Source of the DNA: a virus
Lineage: Duplodnaviria > Caudoviricetes
DNA: 28,709 nt
IMG/VR virus record: IMGVR_UViG_3300007523_000058
Coordinates: 1 to 28,709 of that record
Direction: 5' to 3' (one strand)
The notes under the pieces: model-generated
What the model saw: the letters and a program-made list of their open reading frames with translations, nothing else
Database searches by the model: none
Told to the model about the DNA's origin: nothing
Part shown: positions 9,559 through 19,026 of the stretch, piece by piece
How positions within the stretch are numbered: position 1 is the stretch's first letter
Layout of the letters: every line of letters starts with the position of its first letter
Made by a program: the position numbers and the translations under genes

Positions 9559-11504
9559 TATACTACCCGCCCCCTAATGTCTTTATTAGGATATTTTACT
9601 TCGAATATACATGGATCTAATGATGGATATATAATCTTTCCCAATTGCGAAGAAGTATTCGAAGTTGTAACGTGTCGTCTTGCCGAATCAATATCATATG
9701 AAAATGCGGCGTATAATCCGCCGACTAGATTGCGAATCGTTATATTTTGAACAGACGATACACCTTCAACCGTTGCTATTTCCAATTCAAGTTCAGATAG
9801 ATTAATGGGTTGATTAAATGTCCACTTATCTATTTCAAAGAATGATTTACATTTATTAATAGCCTTTAATAATACTTCTTGCTTATTGAAAGAATTGAAT
9901 GTAGTTATTGCAAAATCAACTCCTATGTTCACTATAAATCCATCTAACATATTAATTCCATCTGTGACCATCCTGTATTCGCTTAAATATGTTTTAATGT
10001 TCTGCTTAATAGCTTGATTTATTGTAGTGAGGTGTTTATTCTTATCATACCCCAATATGTACATATTAACCGCAAACGGATTATTCTTTTCTCTTCCTGT
10101 ATTTGATATCTGGTCAACTTGTCCTGTTAAATCCAAATCACCATCTGGAACCACAAATACTTTGGATATGGAACCGAATCTAGGAGGCATCGAAAGTGCT
10201 CTTATTTCATAATCTCGTTTCGTTACCGCTCTGCCTTGAGACGAGAACCATGCCAATGCATCATTTCTAATATTATCTAGCGGTTCTTCATTTCTTCCAC
10301 CTGTGGCAGGCACCGTATTGGTGACTGATATTGTTTCTTTTAAATCATTCAGAGTTGAAGATACCGCGGTTGAAACATCTTGGTTGAAATCTTCAAATTC
10401 TATTTTTCTGATTTTGGTTAAATCATCCACTGGAACGTTTGATGATAATCCACCACCCTCAATATACTTAACAGTCAACGTTGTATTACCAGGAGCCTGT
10501 CCATATGTTTTTGTTGCAAAGAAATTCTGTGGGTCAATTGGACTTGATAAAGCCTTAGCATTTGTACCCAGTCCGATATTCTTCGGAGTCGGAATTAGAA
10601 TCTGATCATCCGATGCCGAAGTTCCAGCCCCGAATTGAATTTCCATATTTCCATCTTCTCTTAAGCGAGTAACAAATCGCTTCGGTGTTTTTAACATTCT
10701 AAGTAGGAACGGTACGGAATCTTTGAAACGAGATAACTTTTCATCGTACCTATCGACATTTGGATAATCTACATATACAAAATCTTGAGCCAAAAATGGA
10801 ACCTCGTAATATTTGTTATTCCCATCATCCGTAATTGATGTTATTTCTACTACTCTTTTATTTTCAATGGAAATTGTTTTATATGGGGTTGGGCTACCAA
10901 TTGAAAATGTAGTTGACCTTTCAGTACCAGCCAACGCATCAACTTGCTTTTTAATGAGATAGAACGATGGAGCATTTGATGAATCTCTACTGTATACCGT
11001 AACCTCAGTCGCATCAAATGAACTACTGTATCCGAAATCGACCGGGATATCTGTTCTGAATTTAACATTAGGATCTGTCTTTGATTGTACTTCCATTCCC
11101 GCCTTCACTGTAAGCGCATATGTGTAATCAGGACGAATAGTCGCACCTGCCCCTATAGATGGGATGAGTTGATAAATGCTTAATCTAGTTCTAGCTGGTG
11201 TGATTGGGTTTATTTTATATCCGAAAAACTGTGCTAAATTATATATTGATTTTCTTTCTTGCGCATATCCAAGAAGAGATTCTTTTAACGTATCATCAAG
11301 ATAATACGAAAGAACATCGCCAATATAAGCCGACATTTCAATTAGCATCATTCCAGGCGAAGCTTCATTGAAATCGTTATAGCTGTCCGGATAATACGTT
11401 TTAGCAAAATCTATTAAATTCTGTCTAAATTGACTGAAATCCTTATTGAGGTACTTCACATCCTTTTTACTATTCGGATTGCTATCTATTGATGTTAATG
11501 CCAT
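9558..11504 (-). CDS. Baseplate wedge subunit (T4 gp6 / baseplate J-like), 648 aa
   Basis: YLNKDFSQFRQNLIDFAKTYYPDSYNDFNEASPGMMLIEMSAYIGDVLSYYLD, ATGG..EE...IR, QGRAVTKRDYE; adjacent to the gp25-like gene; AGGAG upstream. Confidence 0.9.
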   Translation of the reverse strand: MALTSIDSNPNSKKDVKYLNKDFSQFRQNLIDFAKTYYPDSYNDFNEASPGMMLIEMSAYIGDVLSYYLDDTLKESLLGYAQERKSIYNLAQFFGYKINPITPARTRLSIYQLIPSIGAGATIRPDYTYALTVKAGMEVQSKTDPNVKFRTDIPVDFGYSSSFDATEVTVYSRDSSNAPSFYLIKKQVDALAGTERSTTFSIGSPTPYKTISIENKRVVEITSITDDGNNKYYEVPFLAQDFVYVDYPNVDRYDEKLSRFKDSVPFLLRMLKTPKRFVTRLREDGNMEIQFGAGTSASDDQILIPTPKNIGLGTNAKALSSPIDPQNFFATKTYGQAPGNTTLTVKYIEGGGLSSNVPVDDLTKIRKIEFEDFNQDVSTAVSSTLNDLKETISVTNTVPATGGRNEEPLDNIRNDALAWFSSQGRAVTKRDYEIRALSMPPRFGSISKVFVVPDGDLDLTGQVDQISNTGREKNNPFAVNMYILGYDKNKHLTTINQAIKQNIKTYLSEYRMVTDGINMLDGFIVNIGVDFAITTFNSFNKQEVLLKAINKCKSFFEIDKWTFNQPINLSELELEIATVEGVSSVQNITIRNLVGGLYAAFSYDIDSARRHVTTSNTSSQLGKIIYPSLDPCIFEVKYPNKDIRGRVV

Positions 11505-11514
11505 TTATATCTCC

Positions 11515-11952
11515 TTATGATTGTACCAAAAATGCTAAATCTTGATACCCTACCACATTTGGTATGTGGTATGTTATTAAAACCTTCAACCTATAAATAT
11601 TAACATCTATGTTTTCTCTAGCAGTTTGAACCGCATCAATAACAACAAATGGTAAATACTCCGCAACAGCGGTACGAACTGCCCCATCAATTTTCTCTTG
11701 AATAGAATCATCATTTTGTTCAAATACAACTTTATGCAAATTGGATCCGAATCTAGGATTCATTGGCCTCTCACCCTTATGTGTCAATAATAAATTAATA
11801 AGATTATTTCGTATCGCATGTGCCGTTGTATGTGTTTGAGCAAACCAACCTGTACTTGATCTGGTTATTGGCAAATCAATACCGACCGCCGCGCTTGCAT
11901 TATGATCAAGCGGGTGAGAAGATGCCAACGACTGAGATACGATGATAGCCAT
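11515..11952 (-). CDS. Baseplate wedge / sheath initiator, GPW/gp25 family, 145 aa
   Basis: IRNNLINLLLTHKGERPMNPRFGSNL..VFE signature. Confidence 0.92.
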   Translation of the reverse strand: MAIIVSQSLASSHPLDHNASAAVGIDLPITRSSTGWFAQTHTTAHAIRNNLINLLLTHKGERPMNPRFGSNLHKVVFEQNDDSIQEKIDGAVRTAVAEYLPFVVIDAVQTARENIDVNIYRLKVLITYHIPNVVGYQDLAFLVQS

Positions 11953-12485
11953 TATTTTTTGAATTTTTTAACTAGTTCTGAATAATCTCTATTCATAGCC
12001 GCGTCAAGCACCTTACCCATTTCAGAATTGGCGTCAATTGATCTTCCAGAATGCCCTGTAGTTTCTGCAATTGATTTCTTTTGGACGGATGGGAATTTGC
12101 CCATATCATCGGAAGTGAACGTTTCCACTCCCATTAAATTTCTGTATGATTCATTGATGGTTGCACCAGGAGCTTGAGGAATTCCCCCCCTAGTCGCGCG
12201 CAATATGGAATCGATTGCAGAATTTCCAGTATTGAAGTTCATTTGCTTCCTCGGCTTCATTGGGGCAGTATTCGCTTGTTCAATATTTTCATTAATTGGT
12301 TTTTTGCTGGTTTCCAATGCAGACCCAAGTGCATTGAGTAGCGATGAGTCCGAGTGTGAAGATTCTGTTAATGCCTTCATATGCATCCGAACTCCTTCCT
12401 CTATCAATCCGGGTAGAATTGCCTTGATACGCTCATCTATGAACCTATTCAATAGTTCAATTGTTTTGTTTTTTTTAGTTTTCAT
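11952..12485 (-). CDS. Hypothetical protein, 177 aa
   Basis: ORF coupled to the gp25-like gene (TAATG); ends in MNRDYSELVKKF. Confidence 0.7.
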   Translation of the reverse strand: MKTKKNKTIELLNRFIDERIKAILPGLIEEGVRMHMKALTESSHSDSSLLNALGSALETSKKPINENIEQANTAPMKPRKQMNFNTGNSAIDSILRATRGGIPQAPGATINESYRNLMGVETFTSDDMGKFPSVQKKSIAETTGHSGRSIDANSEMGKVLDAAMNRDYSELVKKFKK

Positions 12486-12487
12486 TG

Positions 12488-13909
12488 TTATTCACTTAAC
12501 GTTAAATTAGTTAATACTTTATTTTCCATAATAAGTATTTCAGGTCTCGATGCTTCTTCAATTTGAACATGCCGCCCAGCATCACCTGCATCGATCGCTT
12601 CTCTAAGGCTTATGCCTTTTTTATATCTACTAATAAAATCACTGCCGGTCAACTTGGTTAGATTTTGATCATCAATGTCCTTTCTATAGTTTAAATATTC
12701 AGGAATTTTATTATCATTATATTCAACACCTGCGAACCCATCTTTGGATATATTGGTAAGATTTGCTTTCTTTAATCCTTTGATAGAATCGGCCGCTTGC
12801 TTTGTTCCACTAATTGTTTCAATTATGGGTGCATTTGCAGTATCGTGTGGCGGAAAGTTTACAGATTCAAAGTCCAACACACCTACCGCGGTTTCAATGT
12901 TCGTTTTGGCTGAATCTATATTCGCTTTGGCTCTATCTATAATAGCTTGAGCACCAGGATCAGGACTATTGATATTATCTAATCCATTCACTATGGCATC
13001 TAACCTATCAACACAATCCAAATCAGCTAAGAACCTAAGGCATTCATTTTTAGTTTGAGGTGCTCTCCTATCTAATAACAATTGTATTTCACGTTCGATA
13101 TTATCTAATTCAGTATCAAGAATGGCAAGGTCGGAATCAATTTTTGATGTATCATCGATTTCATCATCCCAATCTGGATCGCAAAATTCATCTTCAACTG
13201 ATTCAACCCAGAATCTATCTTTAATACAAACCCTATTATCGGATTCTAATCCTGATAAGTCCTGCTCTGCTATTTCATACTTTTCCTTCATCCCTTCAAG
13301 TTGGTCTGATAGGTCTCTGCAAATTGCTGCGAATTGTCCAGTTGCGCGCTGGACTATCAGTAGAACATCATCGATTTGTTTCAAAAATTCCAAAGCCTTT
13401 GTAATGAGTTTTGTCCCGGCCCCGACGCCGACGATTCGCATGACAAATTTGGCTATTTTTAATGCAAATTTAACTATTTTTATTATCTTTCTGATTTTCC
13501 TTGCAAATTTAGATATTGTACCCAGCACCTTAGTACAAAGCCGTAGGATCCTATAACATCTCTTATATAACTTCCGGCCTGTTCTGAATATTTTTTCATC
13601 TAATGAAGTCAAGAATCCATTCGCTTGCGCCGACACATCATCCAGCGAACCTGCTACTGAACTAAGCCCACCTGCTACATATCCAACTGGCCCAGAAAGC
13701 GTACCGATTGCGCCTCCGATTGCCGACGCTTGAGCAGCCACAACGGATGTGCTTCCAGCTATTCTATTTATTTGGCTTATTTTTAATTTGAAGATAAATT
13801 TAAGGACTTTTCCTAATCGGCCGTCCACCTTTCCCAATAATTTACCAATCTTTCGACGTAGCCCGCCTTTGAGTACTCCTCTTAATTTTCTAATGCTACC
13901 AAGACCCAT
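12488..13909 (-). CDS. Hypothetical protein, basic helical N-half and acidic middle, 473 aa
   Basis: Long ORF abutting its neighbours in the baseplate cluster. Confidence 0.7.
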   Translation of the reverse strand: MGLGSIRKLRGVLKGGLRRKIGKLLGKVDGRLGKVLKFIFKLKISQINRIAGSTSVVAAQASAIGGAIGTLSGPVGYVAGGLSSVAGSLDDVSAQANGFLTSLDEKIFRTGRKLYKRCYRILRLCTKVLGTISKFARKIRKIIKIVKFALKIAKFVMRIVGVGAGTKLITKALEFLKQIDDVLLIVQRATGQFAAICRDLSDQLEGMKEKYEIAEQDLSGLESDNRVCIKDRFWVESVEDEFCDPDWDDEIDDTSKIDSDLAILDTELDNIEREIQLLLDRRAPQTKNECLRFLADLDCVDRLDAIVNGLDNINSPDPGAQAIIDRAKANIDSAKTNIETAVGVLDFESVNFPPHDTANAPIIETISGTKQAADSIKGLKKANLTNISKDGFAGVEYNDNKIPEYLNYRKDIDDQNLTKLTGSDFISRYKKGISLREAIDAGDAGRHVQIEEASRPEILIMENKVLTNLTLSE

Positions 13910-15298
13910 TTACTGCTCCGTTTTTTGAGTTGGCGGTGAATCTATCTGTGGATCCACTCTGTTAGACCCTATGAAAACCTTATCCGATAATAGGTTTCGT
14001 CTTAAATCTTCTGGTATTCTTCCCGTAACTAATAATTCATTCAACATATTTCTTAGATTTTCTGCTGATTCTGATTGTCCTGGAGCATCATATACAGCCC
14101 CATCGAAAATTGAACTCAAGTCCAAATACTTTTTCAATGCTCCAATAATAAGTTCCAAAAATACTAATAAATTTTCGCCCAATAAAGCCGGCTGTGATCT
14201 ATCTTCTTCCATTCCCAAGTATATGTTAGGAGAATTGATATACGTATTATTTGATTTAAGTCTAAAACTTGCCTTGTTTGTATTAATATCCATTCCACGT
14301 AACGCATCTATCGATGTAGCGTAGTTTGAAAACATTACTATATTTTTATTTGATAAATAATATGAATCACCCGATGTTGATTGATTTATTATTTCATCGG
14401 ATGATAGTATAATACGATCTCCTGTGAAGTCCGGCTTGAATGCGTATGTACCAATTTCAAACTTATCTTGAATCCAACCGCCATTCGCTCTGTTAACGTG
14501 TGAGTATTCTCTATAAGTTGTAGATGATTCAAATGCAGTTGGTGATTTTCGAATTTGATTTGAATTCACAAAATCTCTATACACTGTAGGGAAAAATTCA
14601 AAATGGCTCGGGCCCGAAGTTAAAATTATATATGAGCCTTGGTTATTTATATTTTCTTCTATGCTTGTATTAAATCCAGGAGCTATATTATTAGACAAGA
14701 TCATAGTAGGTGAAATATTAGAATCTGAATTAGGAGTCATATCAGTCATTCTAATATTAGAGCCAAATCTACTTTGCAAAATTAAATCAGATGAAAGCGG
14801 ATTGAGCTTAACTTGATTACGTATTTTAAATGTAGATGATGTAGATACTAGTGTTTCTCCATCCCGTAATGTTATATTTGAATTATTCTTAGTTTCGAGT
14901 GCTAAGCGGGAAGTGTTTCCATTATAATTGACAAGGCCTGACGTTGTTATTAGTTCATAAAATACCTTTTCAGAATCGCCACCAAGAGAGCCCACCTTTA
15001 CATATTCACCTTCGGCTGGGTATTGTATGATATTCACATTCAATGGGTATGCTTTTATATACCCAGCTGAATTTTTATTTATTGGTTTGCATAAAATAGC
15101 CCCAATATCAGAAGCTATATTTCCGGATTTTGAATTAGTACCGATATCTTTTTCATTTCTCAATACTTGTATAACGACTGCGGTGTCAAACTGATTATAT
15201 TTATTTATAATATCATAATCAGTATTCGCTGCCGTTTTTATTTTAACATTTTTCCCTGTGCTACGTGTACGGGAATCATACCAACCAATTCCACTCAT
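13910..15298 (-). CDS. Putative baseplate hub/spike (gp5-like) protein, 462 aa
   Basis: OB-fold-like N-terminus (AYPLNVNIIQYPAEGEYV), DLILQSRFGSNIRM, beta-helix-like C-terminus (INSPNIYLG...QPALLGENL); lies upstream of the gp25- and gp6-like genes. Confidence 0.6.
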   Translation of the reverse strand: MSGIGWYDSRTRSTGKNVKIKTAANTDYDIINKYNQFDTAVVIQVLRNEKDIGTNSKSGNIASDIGAILCKPINKNSAGYIKAYPLNVNIIQYPAEGEYVKVGSLGGDSEKVFYELITTSGLVNYNGNTSRLALETKNNSNITLRDGETLVSTSSTFKIRNQVKLNPLSSDLILQSRFGSNIRMTDMTPNSDSNISPTMILSNNIAPGFNTSIEENINNQGSYIILTSGPSHFEFFPTVYRDFVNSNQIRKSPTAFESSTTYREYSHVNRANGGWIQDKFEIGTYAFKPDFTGDRIILSSDEIINQSTSGDSYYLSNKNIVMFSNYATSIDALRGMDINTNKASFRLKSNNTYINSPNIYLGMEEDRSQPALLGENLLVFLELIIGALKKYLDLSSIFDGAVYDAPGQSESAENLRNMLNELLVTGRIPEDLRRNLLSDKVFIGSNRVDPQIDSPPTQKTEQ

Positions 15299-15693
15299 TA
15301 TATATCCTCTACTGGCAGTGGTTTATTTAACGTAATCTTTGCTTCATCCAAAGCCTTATCCATATCTTCAATTAACTGTTGCTTTTCCTCATCACTTAGA
15401 TCCCAAGCCGCTATATCCAAATCGCCGGTGCCCGATGTCTTACTATCTGCGATCATAAACTTCTGAACTATTTCAGTTAATTTGATAAGAAGTTGGTCAT
15501 TTTTCACGGCGGTATCCATATATTCCCTTATAATGGGAGCAATAATGACTGCATCATTGATTGTTTTAATTTTACCAGTAAACAGGTCGATCGCTGAATC
15601 AATCTTTCTATTCTTAGTCCGGGTATTAACATATATGTCATTTAATAAATCACTAAATGCGATACCACTGAATATTTTTTTATCTAAATCCAT
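15298..15693 (-). CDS. Hypothetical phage protein, ~131 aa (start revised to MDLDKKIF)
   Basis: The track start (15738) lies within the terminator U-tract; the ATG at 15693 follows the ATATTTATA motif. Confidence 0.7.
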   Translation of the reverse strand: MDLDKKIFSGIAFSDLLNDIYVNTRTKNRKIDSAIDLFTGKIKTINDAVIIAPIIREYMDTAVKNDQLLIKLTEIVQKFMIADSKTSGTGDLDIAAWDLSDEEKQQLIEDMDKALDEAKITLNKPLPVEDI

Positions 15694-15719
15694 ATTATTT
15701 CTCTGTGTTGGTTCTATGT

Positions 15720-15728
15720 TATAAATAT
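15720..15728 (-). promoter_or_regulatory. Putative phage late-promoter motif ATATTTATA
   Basis: The same 9-mer occurs in three intergenic gaps (15720, 20289, 22631), each 23-28 nt upstream of an ATG. Confidence 0.5.
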
Positions 15729-15736
15729 ACGATAAC

Positions 15737-15769
15737 AAAAAAGGGATAACGAATTACCGCTATCCCTTT
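15737..15769 (-). terminator. Intrinsic terminator after the sigma-like gene
   Basis: AAAGGGATAGCG-GTAATT-CGTTATCCCTTT followed by a U-tract. Confidence 0.8.
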
Positions 15770-15794
15770 AAATATGTATATATGTATAGAACGA

Positions 15795-16634
15795 TTAAGC
15801 TTCTATATTTCTTTTACTCCAAAACATATTGTTATATTTTTCTCTTGTTTCGATTATGTCGCCGGTATCTGTGTATTCCATCAACAATTGATGAACGATT
15901 TCCTTCATCATTTTAATAACCTTTGTTATATGAGAAGTTTTACACCCAGTCATTTCTCGTATATAACAATACAATGCTTTTTTATTAAATAATTCTAGAT
16001 TATCTTTCTTTCTAAATAATTCCAATACCGCTTGAGCTATTTCAATATCTCTCTTTTTCTGAAAAATTGAATTAACGTTGGTGTTCCAAAAATCCATCAT
16101 CATTATAATAAACTCATTCGATTCAGCCTGTCTTTCCTGTATATGGAAATCCCCCTCTATATCCCAATTTTCAGGCATCGCTGATATTAATGTTTCTCGG
16201 TTTTTCCATTTTTCGTGATTTTTGTTATTCAATTGGATTAAATAGTTTTTACACACGATGCTAAAATACGAGAAAGCCTTTCCCTTGCCCTCTTTGAATT
16301 TATGAAGATTTAATAATATAAACGAAACTGAACCTGCCATTACATCAACTGGATGGGAATCGAAATATGAAAACCCAAATCTATTAAAAATGTTTTCTAC
16401 TAATTTTGCAAGTGGATATTGAATGTAGGTGTTATATATTTTATTTTTTACAATTTGATTTGTTTCTTTATTGTATAAAATAATAGCATTTTCTGTTTCA
16501 AGCGTAAAATACATATTCTTACTTACTTTCTTTTTACCCTTTCTAGCCTTCAATAATGCCTTTGCTTTTTGTTCTCTTGATTTATTTATTATTTCTTTCT
16601 CTATTATACTAGTATAATATGGCTCATTGATCAT
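15795..16634 (-). CDS. Putative phage RNA polymerase sigma factor (gp55-like late sigma), 279 aa
   Basis: YFTLETENAIILYN...KLVENIFNRFGFSY...LHKFKEGKGKAFSYFSIVCKNYLI resembles sigma region 2; the C-terminus has an HTH-like IREMTGCKTSHITKVI. Confidence 0.65.
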   Translation of the reverse strand: MINEPYYTSIIEKEIINKSREQKAKALLKARKGKKKVSKNMYFTLETENAIILYNKETNQIVKNKIYNTYIQYPLAKLVENIFNRFGFSYFDSHPVDVMAGSVSFILLNLHKFKEGKGKAFSYFSIVCKNYLIQLNNKNHEKWKNRETLISAMPENWDIEGDFHIQERQAESNEFIIMMMDFWNTNVNSIFQKKRDIEIAQAVLELFRKKDNLELFNKKALYCYIREMTGCKTSHITKVIKMMKEIVHQLLMEYTDTGDIIETREKYNNMFWSKRNIEA

Positions 16635-16875
16635 ATGTTTTTCTTAATTCAGTTACCATTTCTTTAAGTTGTCTAAAAACAACCCCTACTTCATCTTCCG
16701 CTTCAAATGCTCCGCTTGCATCGATTTCTTCCATAATTTCAATGGTTTCTGATAATTCACTTTCACGTTCTACTATATAATCTTCCGCGGCTTCCAGTTT
16801 TAACATTGTTATATAAGTTACATATATAAACCCAAGTGTTGAAAGTATAAATAATATTAATAAGAATGTTGTCAT
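16624..16875 (-). CDS. Small protein with an N-terminal transmembrane helix, 83 aa
   Basis: Hydrophobic residues 4-24 followed by an acidic segment (SGAFEAEDEVG). Confidence 0.7.
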   Translation of the reverse strand: MTTFLLILFILSTLGFIYVTYITMLKLEAAEDYIVERESELSETIEIMEEIDASGAFEAEDEVGVVFRQLKEMVTELRKTYDQ

Positions 16876-16896
16876 AACTATTTTTGTTTTAAGTAG

Positions 16897-17247
16897 TGGA
16901 CTCGGAGGGATTCGAACCCTCGTGCAGTATGATGTTCAGATAAAAGTCATTCACAAGTTTATTTAGTTTCTTCCCAACTAACAAAGCCACAGTGAATTTA
17001 TCGTTATGCGCTGTTTAACGTACCGAACATTTTAATTCTACTCGGAATTCGAATGGTTGTAGAAGTCTGGTTAAGACTCCGTTAGTTTACACTAATTCTT
17101 CTACTGGAGTCCCCACGAGTGCCATAGCATCTTCGAAGGTAAAATTAGAAATTTCTTCTGCATTTATTTGTTTTTTGATGTTTATGTCTTTTCTAGACAA
17201 CTTGCACTCTCACCCAACGGCCATCTGTCGATTACCGTTTCGAGCCC
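16897..17247 (-). ncRNA. ssrA: tmRNA (phage-encoded), 351 nt; predicted tag (A)AEEISNFTFEDAMALVGTPVEELV
   Basis: 5' end GGGCTCG-AAACGGTAATCGAC and 3' end GAGGG-TTCGAAT-CCCTC-CGAGTCC-A give an acceptor stem with the G3:U70 Ala determinant and a canonical T-arm. Helix-2 pairings are present (TTGGGTGAGAGT/ACTTTTATCTGA, GCAAGTT/AACTTGT). The resume context ATAAAT-GCA is at 17161 and the stop at 17087-17089. CCA is not encoded. Confidence 0.92.
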
Positions 17248-17256
17248 ATTTTATAT

Positions 17257-17394
17257 TTAATCATCGAGATTAGTATTATCATTGTCGAAATACCCATCCT
17301 CAATATCTTGGATAAGTTGTAATACTGATTTTACAATTTCCCAATTTTCTTCTTCTATTGCTTGTTGCAATAAATAAATTACCTTTTCTAACAT
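17257..17394 (-). CDS. Small acidic protein, 45 aa (MLEKVIYLLQQAIEEENWEIVKSVL...)
   Basis: TAATG coupling to the upstream gene; fills the gap before the tmRNA; below the track cutoff. Confidence 0.65.
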   Translation of the reverse strand: MLEKVIYLLQQAIEEENWEIVKSVLQLIQDIEDGYFDNDNTNLDD

Positions 17395-17666
17395 TAAGCT
17401 TCTCCGATTTTAGGATTCATAAATCCAGAAATATATGAAACATTCGCTGTATATGAATCATTCATATTTTTCTTATGTCTTTCGTTTTGCTTCACGATTT
17501 CAGTAAGAACTAAATGTAATTCGGTATCTGTGATTATTTCTTTTTCATTCAATAAGTATACAATTGCATCTAAATACGAACCAATGGTTTCAAATAATTG
17601 ATTTATATCTGCCATATTGTCGAATAATGTAATAATTTTCTCTTTTAAATCATCATTCGACTTCAT
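17394..17666 (-). CDS. Hypothetical protein, 90 aa
   Basis: Overlapping chain of minus-strand ORFs. Confidence 0.65.
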   Translation of the reverse strand: MKSNDDLKEKIITLFDNMADINQLFETIGSYLDAIVYLLNEKEIITDTELHLVLTEIVKQNERHKKNMNDSYTANVSYISGFMNPKIGEA

Positions 17667-18114
17667 CGTTCGTCTCGGTGTCGTCCATTGAACCCGTCGT
17701 ATTCCATTCGAGTATTCGTTTTATTTCCGCTTCTATTATATTTTCAAAATCAGAATGTAATGTTATTCCAGTATCCACACTTCCTATTTCTTTTGTTTTA
17801 AATATTTCACGAAATGCAGTATAATCATATCCATCATCCATATCATTCATCTCTTCAAGCCGTTGTTCGAATGACATATCCTCTTCCTTTGTAATAGGAA
17901 AAGCGCCCAATACACACGATGGCCCATATCCAAGTGCAAATGCCAATCGCCTTATCAATTGTTTAAATTCCCAAATATTCATATCAGTTGAAACTTCATA
18001 CTCTAATCTAGTTGGCTCACCAGCCATGGACACTTCGGTTGATTCATCTTCTATATTTTCAAAATTTCGAATATAAATAATTTTATCTTTAATTAATTTG
18101 TTCTTGTCGTTCAT
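17653..18114 (-). CDS. Hypothetical acidic protein, 153 aa
   Basis: Overlapping chain; motif DMNIWEFKQLIRRLAFALGY. Confidence 0.7.
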   Translation of the reverse strand: MNDKNKLIKDKIIYIRNFENIEDESTEVSMAGEPTRLEYEVSTDMNIWEFKQLIRRLAFALGYGPSCVLGAFPITKEEDMSFEQRLEEMNDMDDGYDYTAFREIFKTKEIGSVDTGITLHSDFENIIEAEIKRILEWNTTGSMDDTETNDEVE

Positions 18115-18397
18115 ATATCTCCAGCACTTTTTGTTTAATCAAATGAACTCTACCCAATATGGTAACATCATCCTTAAAAAACCCTTCACACATAGAAATG
18201 GCCAATGGCCAATCTCCCATATTCACTACTACTCGTATCGTTGAAAGTAAGACTGGTTTATCTATAATAGATACAACCGTATTCGAATTAACATTCAATT
18301 CTAATGCGTCTAAAATTGCAATGTGATATTTCGTTTCCGATTTTCCAATCGATTTATCAAATCCTAAAATCAAAGCTTCAGTCATAGCTTCAGTCAT
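18089..18397 (-). CDS. Hypothetical protein, ~102 aa (start probably the ATG at 18397)
   Basis: TGATG coupling to the def stop codon. Confidence 0.6.
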   Translation of the reverse strand: MTEAMTEALILGFDKSIGKSETKYHIAILDALELNVNSNTVVSIIDKPVLLSTIRVVVNMGDWPLAISMCEGFFKDDVTILGRVHLIKQKVLEIYERQEQIN

Positions 18398-19026
18398 CAC
18401 ACCATCGCCTCCCATCCCGTAGATAGTAGCGATTCTCCTTTCTTATATTTTATAAATTCCATTTCACCATCTGGGCTTTTAAACATATATTTTTTATTGC
18501 GTTCGAATTTCGATGATGTAACTGGTTGCGCGTATTGTCTGTTCTTAATTGTAATACCGTCTAAATGATCTATTTCATGTTGTATCACTACACATTCCAA
18601 AAATCCAAGATCAGACCAAAACGATTCAATATTGTTAGCCCAATTCGAATCATCATCAGGACCGAAGTCCAATTGCCCTTCAAAGTTGTCGGCTTCTACC
18701 GTGACGGATAATCTACGTAATGTTTTGATTGGCTTCCTGAGCGACCTAGGTATCGATAGACATGCTTCCATGTATGAATATTTTTCTTCGGATGCTTCAA
18801 CGATTCTTGGGTTGACTAGGTAGAAAGGTTCTTTTACATTTATCACACAGATGCGCTTGTTTATTCCGAGCTGATTTGCGGATAATCCCAAACCACCGTG
18901 ATTCTTTAATTCTGTAAATAGAGCCGCTGAAATAACTTCTGCTTCTTTTGGTTTGAATTCTGAAACGGCAACTGGTATTGCTAATTTCTTCAAATCTGTA
19001 ACTAATCTATTCTTTGATTTCTTCAT
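18397..19026 (-). CDS. def: Peptide deformylase
   Basis: All three PDF motifs are present: GLGLSANQLG, EACLS (EGCLS variant) and QHEIDHLDG. Confidence 0.93.
   Translation of the reverse strand: MKKSKNRLVTDLKKLAIPVAVSEFKPKEAEVISAALFTELKNHGGLGLSANQLGINKRICVINVKEPFYLVNPRIVEASEEKYSYMEACLSIPRSLRKPIKTLRRLSVTVEADNFEGQLDFGPDDDSNWANNIESFWSDLGFLECVVIQHEIDHLDGITIKNRQYAQPVTSSKFERNKKYMFKSPDGEMEFIKYKKGESLLSTGWEAMV

Noticed and set aside
16897-16925. Stand-alone tRNA or attachment-site fragment
   Set aside because: The T-arm and acceptor strand belong to the tmRNA; the matching 5' strand is at 17241-17247
18375-18397. 12-bp tandem duplication encoding MTEAMTEA
   Set aside because: Trivial local duplication that only makes the start codon ambiguous
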